57,196 nt of DNA from an uncultured Bacilli bacterium (GTDB lineage Bacteria; Bacillota_I; Bacilli_A; RF39; UBA660): positions 1-57,196 of the forward strand of contig CALVVR010000003.1 of the NCBI GenBank assembly GCA_944363915.1. Direction: 5' to 3'. Of the stretch, positions 51,563 through 57,196 are shown piece by piece. The notes below the pieces were generated by a model. That model had not been told where the DNA came from. It ran no database searches and was given only the letters and a program-made list of their open reading frames with translations. The position numbers were made by a program, and so were the translations under genes. Within the stretch, counting starts at the first letter, position 1, and each line of letters starts with the position of its first letter.

Positions 51563-53950
51563 TTAGACTGTACTAATGTATTCTAATAATCTTAAAAATA
51601 ATTTAACAAATTTTCTTTCTAATCCCTTACGTCCTAATTTTCTAATTTCAATTCTTTTTTTCTTGATTGGTAAATCACTAAAGATAATAGCATCAATTTT
51701 TTCTTTCATCAAAGTTTCTATTTGTAAGTCATCTAAAATTCCAGCAATATCATCATTAATTAAACGGGTCGGATCAAATTCGATATTTTTTCCTTTACAA
51801 TTAACCGTTAACTGACCAATTGAGCGAACATTTTCAATTTCGACAATAAAATCTGGGCCAGATACATATGATTTACATTTTATTTGTTCTTTGTTTTCAT
51901 ATACTATCACATCGGTAGCTTTTTTAGCATTTCTAAATATCAATTTATAGTTACGATATTCTGGAACAATGCCACTTTTTCCTTCTAAAGCTCGAATAAT
52001 TACCGTATAATTACTAGGCATATAATTATATTCTATTTTTGTTAATAAATAAAAACCCTTTTTATATAAACTAGATAAGCCATCATCTTCATATAATAAA
52101 TATTCATTACTAATTCCTGGAAAAAAATGAATTTCCATATTTTTTGGTGGCGTCGTATCATTAATATTGTCATTATACCCTAACGGTATAATACTACCAG
52201 CTTTAGCAAATACTGGATAATTTTGATCTTTATAGAAAGTTACATAGTTATTATTACCAGGATATTTTTTACCAGTAAAGAAATCATACCAAATTCCTTC
52301 AGGCATATAAAATCTATGCACAACCCGATTCATAACAAGGTCTTTTTTCTTGGTAATAGGACAAATAAAGAATTGACTTCCAAAATAATATTCATCGCTA
52401 TATAATAAGTCATCATACATTTCTGGTGCAACATAATAAATTGGTTTTATTAAAGGTATCCCATTTTTAGTATATTTATAAGCCTCACTATATAAATAAG
52501 GAATCAATTTATGTCTCAGTTCTAAATAATCTTTAACTATACCAAATGTTTTAACACTCCAACGCCATGGTTCCCTTTTATAATATTTGCCATTATCGGC
52601 TCCAAATTTAAGAATTGGCGAAAAAGTTCCTAGTTGAACATAACGAGTATATAACTCATTATCTTCAATGCCTTTAAAATAACCACCAATGTCATGACTC
52701 CACCAAGTAACACCTATATTAGTAGCACTAGCATTATATTTAGGGATTTGTTTTAAAGATTCCCAACCAACAATTGCTTTTCCAGCATATAAAACAGGAT
52801 AACGATGTTGCGCAATTGTTGCATCATATCCTAAAACCATAGGTCGACGTTTATAATTTCTTTGCATATCATAAAACTGATAATGTTTAAGAAGATAGTC
52901 TTGTTCTATATTTTTGCGATCATAGCAATCTAACCAATAAAAATCAACACCTAATGCATCTAATGGATGAATATAAATTTTTAAGTATACATCAACCCAT
53001 TTAGGATCTAAAACATTGTAAGGTATTACACCGTTTTCATCGGAAGCCAAATATTTTTTGGCTTGTTCATAATATTCATCAATATTATAAAAGCCTTCAG
53101 TTGGATTGATATTTAAACCAAGTCTAATTCCTTGCGAATGGAGATAGCTAATCATTTCATAAGGCGCTTTAAATAATTCTTTATTAAATGTGAAACCAGT
53201 TTTTAAATGTTCTTTACCTTTATAGGTACGAATATGCCAATCTTTATCTAATAAAACAATCGATATAGGAATTTTATACTGAACAAAATTATCGACTAAT
53301 TCTTTTAAAGTTTCATCATTATATTCATTATTTCTACTCCACCAATTACCTAAAGCAAATCTAGGTATAAGCGTTGGATAGCCAGTTAAATTATAATAAT
53401 CTTTTAAACACAAATCAAAATCATTTAAGTAAACAAATAAATAGATATCAATACCATCATAATTATTTTCTTTAACAGTGCCATCAGGTTCGACAATTTT
53501 TCCTTTGGAATCGTCAATTGAAACAAAGCCATCTAATGAATATAAACTTTTAGTATTTATTATTTTTCCATTTTCAATTAAAACTGGTGCACCATAGTTT
53601 TTTGCTTCAACATGGTTATAATGCCAAGTTCTATCAGTATTTAAAACTTCTACATGAAAATTTTTACTATTATTTATTTTATGACCTTTAGCATAAAACA
53701 ATTTAAAATAAGATGTAGTTAATTCTAAATAGTTTTTATCTTGCTTAACTGTAAATTCTGGTTTAGAAAAATTGCGATTTCTAACTAGTTCTGTTGGCTG
53801 ATCATGGAAAATACCACTTTCACGATATTCAATTCTAATTAAACGTTCACTTAAAAGTGTAAAGCGATAATTTTTTCCTTGAAAAATACATTCTGGATTA
53901 GGCATTATTTTTTCATAATCAACTTTAAAATGTTCCCCTAAATTATACAT
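51563..53950 (-). CDS. Glycoside hydrolase family 31-like protein with an altered active site
   Basis: PRFALGNWWSR, DKDWH, WWSHDIGG, RYVQLGTFSPI, REPW, LRHKLIPYLY, YEDDG; the usual GD acid/base position reads GK. Confidence 0.85.
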   Translation of the reverse strand: MYNLGEHFKVDYEKIMPNPECIFQGKNYRFTLLSERLIRIEYRESGIFHDQPTELVRNRNFSKPEFTVKQDKNYLELTTSYFKLFYAKGHKINNSKNFHVEVLNTDRTWHYNHVEAKNYGAPVLIENGKIINTKSLYSLDGFVSIDDSKGKIVEPDGTVKENNYDGIDIYLFVYLNDFDLCLKDYYNLTGYPTLIPRFALGNWWSRNNEYNDETLKELVDNFVQYKIPISIVLLDKDWHIRTYKGKEHLKTGFTFNKELFKAPYEMISYLHSQGIRLGLNINPTEGFYNIDEYYEQAKKYLASDENGVIPYNVLDPKWVDVYLKIYIHPLDALGVDFYWLDCYDRKNIEQDYLLKHYQFYDMQRNYKRRPMVLGYDATIAQHRYPVLYAGKAIVGWESLKQIPKYNASATNIGVTWWSHDIGGYFKGIEDNELYTRYVQLGTFSPILKFGADNGKYYKREPWRWSVKTFGIVKDYLELRHKLIPYLYSEAYKYTKNGIPLIKPIYYVAPEMYDDLLYSDEYYFGSQFFICPITKKKDLVMNRVVHRFYMPEGIWYDFFTGKKYPGNNNYVTFYKDQNYPVFAKAGSIIPLGYNDNINDTTPPKNMEIHFFPGISNEYLLYEDDGLSSLYKKGFYLLTKIEYNYMPSNYTVIIRALEGKSGIVPEYRNYKLIFRNAKKATDVIVYENKEQIKCKSYVSGPDFIVEIENVRSIGQLTVNCKGKNIEFDPTRLINDDIAGILDDLQIETLMKEKIDAIIFSDLPIKKKRIEIRKLGRKGLERKFVKLFLRLLEYISTV

Positions 53951-53962
53951 ACATTCACCCCT

Positions 53963-55387
53963 TTATATTTCTTCTATTTTCATAAAATTAGTGTGTTTTA
54001 CTTTTTTGAAAGGATAACCACCAGTAATAATAATACTATCCTTATTTTTTAAAGCTAAAACATCTTGCGCTATTTTTTTACTTTTTTCAATAATAGCATC
54101 TAAACTTTTTAAATCATCAATTAAAATTGGATAAATGCCAAAATTCAAAGCTAAAGATTTAATCGTATTAATGTTAGGACTAGGTGCGATAATAGGACAA
54201 GGTGGTCGAAAACGACTTATTTTCTTAGCTGTATAGCCACTCATTGTCGGCGTAAAAATGGCTTTACAATTTAATCTTAATGCACAACCAGTTACACTAT
54301 AAGCTAAAGATCCTGTTAAATCTCTTTTTTCTGTTTTTATAGCTTGTTCTAGCATATATTCATAGTTAATGTCATTTTCAACTGTTTGAATAACTTTTTC
54401 TAATAGTTTCAAAGTTTCAATCGGATTATCTCCAACAGTTGTTTCATCAGATAACATAATTGCGTCGACTCCGTCTAAAACAGCATTAGCTATATCTGAT
54501 ACTTCAGCTCTGGCTGGATAATTATTGCTGATAATAGCAGATAACAAATCAGTAGTCACAATGCTAATCACACCTTTAACATTGCATTTAGATATTATTT
54601 TTTTTTGAATACTAGGAATTTTTTCTACAGGAACTTCAATGTTTAAATCTTTTCGGTCAATAATAACGCCATCGCTGACTTTGACAATATTGTCAATATC
54701 GTCTAAAGCATAATTACTTTCAATTTTAGAGATAATTTGTAAATGATCATTTCCTAAATTGATTAACAAATCATTGACTTCCAATACATCTTCAGCACTA
54801 GAGACATAAGAAAGTGATAAGAAATCTACATTTTTACGACTAGCAAATCTAATTATTTCTTTATCTTGTTCATTTAAAAATTTTCGATTAAGTTTAATGT
54901 TTGGTAAACTAAGAATTTTATTATCTTCAATTATACCTTCTTTTAATACTTGACATAATAAATAATTCTCACCTTTATCTAACACTTTAAATTCAATATT
55001 TCCATTATCAATTTTAATAATTGAATTTAAAGGTACATCATTTATTAAATCAGGATAATCGACACTAAACTTAGTACAATCACCTAAAATAGGATCTATA
55101 AACATTCTTATTTTATCGTTTTGTCTCATAATTGCTTTACCATTTAAAATATGCCCTACTTTAACAGTTGGACCTTTTATATCTAAAATAATTGCTACAT
55201 AAGTATTTAAAAATTTATTTATTTCATTTATCATATCAATAATCTTTTCACCAGAATTTAAACTTGCATAACTCATATTGATTCTAAATGCATCAACACC
55301 ATTCATAATTAATGACTTTATTGCATCAAAATTATCAGTAGATGGACCAATTGTGGCAATTATTTTAATTTTATTCATGCTTACCAT
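53963..55387 (-). CDS. Pyruvate kinase paralog with degenerate catalytic motifs
   Basis: Full-length PK fold (KIIATIGP, RAEVSDIANAVLDG) but DRKDLN, TTDLLSAI and MLSDET replace conserved motifs. Confidence 0.85.
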   Translation of the reverse strand: MVSMNKIKIIATIGPSTDNFDAIKSLIMNGVDAFRINMSYASLNSGEKIIDMINEINKFLNTYVAIILDIKGPTVKVGHILNGKAIMRQNDKIRMFIDPILGDCTKFSVDYPDLINDVPLNSIIKIDNGNIEFKVLDKGENYLLCQVLKEGIIEDNKILSLPNIKLNRKFLNEQDKEIIRFASRKNVDFLSLSYVSSAEDVLEVNDLLINLGNDHLQIISKIESNYALDDIDNIVKVSDGVIIDRKDLNIEVPVEKIPSIQKKIISKCNVKGVISIVTTDLLSAIISNNYPARAEVSDIANAVLDGVDAIMLSDETTVGDNPIETLKLLEKVIQTVENDINYEYMLEQAIKTEKRDLTGSLAYSVTGCALRLNCKAIFTPTMSGYTAKKISRFRPPCPIIAPSPNINTIKSLALNFGIYPILIDDLKSLDAIIEKSKKIAQDVLALKNKDSIIITGGYPFKKVKHTNFMKIEEI

Positions 55388-55449
55388 TCCTTTATTCTTA
55401 TATTAATTATAAATTATATCATAATTTTAGTCAAGAAAAAAAGAATAAA

Positions 55450-56856
55450 CTATATTCTTTCGATCTTCATAAAATTAGTTCCTTTAAATTCAGGTTCTTT
55501 ATAAAATCCACCAGTTATTAAAATAATATCAGATTCTTTTAAATGCGCAAAATCAATTGCTTTAATTTTCGCATCTTCAACAATCTTATCAATTGAATCA
55601 AAAATACTAGTAACAACTGGATAAACGGCAAAATTTAAAGCTAAAGACCTTGCTATTTTTTCATTTGGACAAGTAGCTAAAATTAAACATTTAGGTCTTA
55701 AATTACTAACTCTAGCTGCTGTTTTACCACTCATTGTAGTAGCTACAATTAATTTAGCATCCAATAAAGCTGATGTTTCGACAACATTAGAAGCAATAGC
55801 ACCATCAATTGATTTTTTAATATAATCATTATTTATTTTATAATCTAAATGCTTTTCAATATTTTCACAAATATTAGCCATGCACTTGACAGTTTCAACT
55901 GGATATTTACCAACTGTAGTTTCACCAGATAACATTACGGCATCAGTTCCATTAATAACAGCATTAGCTACATCTGATACTTCAGCTCTAGTTGGACGAT
56001 TGTTTTTTTTCATTGATTCTAACATTTCAGTGGCAACAATACAAAATTTGCCATGTCTTCGACAAGATTCAATTATTTTTGTTTGAAGAATTGGTAAATC
56101 TTCCATCGCTGCTTCCACACCTAAATCCCCTCTTGCTACCATAATACCATCAGCCACTTCAGCAATTTCATCTAAATTTTCAATTCCCGTTGTGCTTTCT
56201 ATTTTAGCAATTATTTTCATATCTTTACGATCATGTTCTTTTAAAATTTCTTTAACTTGTAAGATATCTTCTTTAGTTGAGACAAATGATAAAGCTAAAA
56301 AATCTCCATCATGTTCACAAGCATAAATAATATCTGCTTTATCTTCTTCACTAACAAATGGCATATCTAGGTGAACACCAGGAACACTTAAACTTTTTTT
56401 ATTACCCAATACTCCACCGACGATTATCTTACAAGTAATACCATCTTCTTCTTTAGAAATAACTTCAATAATCATTAATCCATTCTCTAATAAAATACGA
56501 TCACCTATATTGATTGAATCAATAGCATTAGGATGATTAACAGAAAATCTTTCTTCATTACCTAAAACTTTTTCTTTAACAATTCTAATTGTTTTTCCTT
56601 CAACTAAATTTATTTGATCGTTTTCTAAAACACCATTTCTAAATTCAGGTCCTTTAGTATCATATAAGATTGCTACATTTTCACCAGTCATTTCTCTTAC
56701 TTTTTTTACTGAACTTACTACTTCTTTTCTTTCATCTAAAGTGGCGTGAGAGAAATTAATTCTAGCTACGTTCATTCCGTTTTTTACCATTTCACACATA
56801 ATATCAGGATTGCTACTAGCAGGTCCAATACTACAAATTATTTTAGTTTTTTTCAT
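55450..56856 (-). CDS. pyk: Pyruvate kinase
   Basis: KTKIICSIGP, ARINFSH, DTKGPE, AKIE, MVARGDLG, PTRAEVSDVAN, MLSGET; RBS AAGGAG before the ATG at 56856. Confidence 0.97.
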   Translation of the reverse strand: MKKTKIICSIGPASSNPDIMCEMVKNGMNVARINFSHATLDERKEVVSSVKKVREMTGENVAILYDTKGPEFRNGVLENDQINLVEGKTIRIVKEKVLGNEERFSVNHPNAIDSINIGDRILLENGLMIIEVISKEEDGITCKIIVGGVLGNKKSLSVPGVHLDMPFVSEEDKADIIYACEHDGDFLALSFVSTKEDILQVKEILKEHDRKDMKIIAKIESTTGIENLDEIAEVADGIMVARGDLGVEAAMEDLPILQTKIIESCRRHGKFCIVATEMLESMKKNNRPTRAEVSDVANAVINGTDAVMLSGETTVGKYPVETVKCMANICENIEKHLDYKINNDYIKKSIDGAIASNVVETSALLDAKLIVATTMSGKTAARVSNLRPKCLILATCPNEKIARSLALNFAVYPVVTSIFDSIDKIVEDAKIKAIDFAHLKESDIILITGGFYKEPEFKGTNFMKIERI

Positions 56857-56959
56857 TTTATTCACTCCTTCAATCCGCTTAAAATTATAACACATTTTTA
56901 TTAATTAGGAAAGATAAATTTGATTTACAATTATATATTATACTCATTGGTTAAAATAT

Positions 56960-57061
56960 AAAAAAACTTACGAACTATTTAAAACCCGTGAGTTATTTTT
57001 TAATGGAGCGTTTACTAAAGGGGTTATGCACACTTTAGTAAAAAGTTCATTCGTATTTGAT
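56960..57061 (-). ncRNA. Candidate ~100-nt small RNA with C-rich (anti-Shine-Dalgarno-like) motifs
   Basis: Promoter TTGTAA-17-TATAAT (57096-57068), 10-bp stem TTTACTAAAG/CTTTAGTAAA, terminator hairpin plus T run, no ORF with an RBS. Confidence 0.55.
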
Positions 57062-57101
57062 GTATTAATTATACCGTATATATTTTTTTATTACAACATT
57101 T

Positions 57102-57196
57102 TTAAGTATTTGAATTATTATCTTTAAGTTTTTTTACTAAAGATGGTCCTTGTTTATCCATGTTAGCTTGTTTTGTAAGTGTTCCATTAAAACATA
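57102..57196 (-). CDS. 3' end of a hypothetical protein cut by the window edge
   Basis: Open frame ...CFNGTLTKQANMDKQGPSLVKKLKDNNSNT*. Confidence 0.45.
   Translation of the reverse strand, partial: CFNGTLTKQANMDKQGPSLVKKLKDNNSNT

Overview
Very AT-rich chromosomal segment (roughly 25% GC by eye, standard genetic code) from a Bacilli-type bacterium that retains peptidoglycan and sporulation genes. The gene content and B. subtilis-like synteny suggest the uncultured gut RF39-type lineage (inference). Most genes are housekeeping and on the minus strand: ftsK, eno, murD, rpsU, rsmD, tig, greA, spoVG, veg, yabG, tgt, murF, gatCAB, recX, efp, rpmG, pbp, sod, nfo, gpr, metG, leuS and pyk; lexA and rpsT are on the plus strand. 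Accessory highlights: (1) Three dispersed prepilin-leader adhesin genes. One (21140-23155) ends in a ~150 bp, ~55% GC segment with the hallmarks of a diversity-generating retroelement (DGR) variable region plus a GAAA-loop hairpin, although no RT or template repeat is in the window. A paralog carries the same C-type-lectin-like module with an AT-rich 3' end, and a third pilin is frameshifted in its leader. (2) A C39-ABC peptide export locus with two double-glycine peptides missed by the ORF track and a third leaderless membrane peptide that mimics the C-terminus of one of them. (3) A LexA-boxed divergent operon encoding an excisionase-like protein and a 43-aa membrane peptide. (4) An apparent pseudo-pyruvate-kinase plus pseudo-GH31 gene pair. 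(5) A start-less duplicate of veg bordering a NUDIX insertion, a dispersed IS256-end-like repeat, and two candidate small RNAs.
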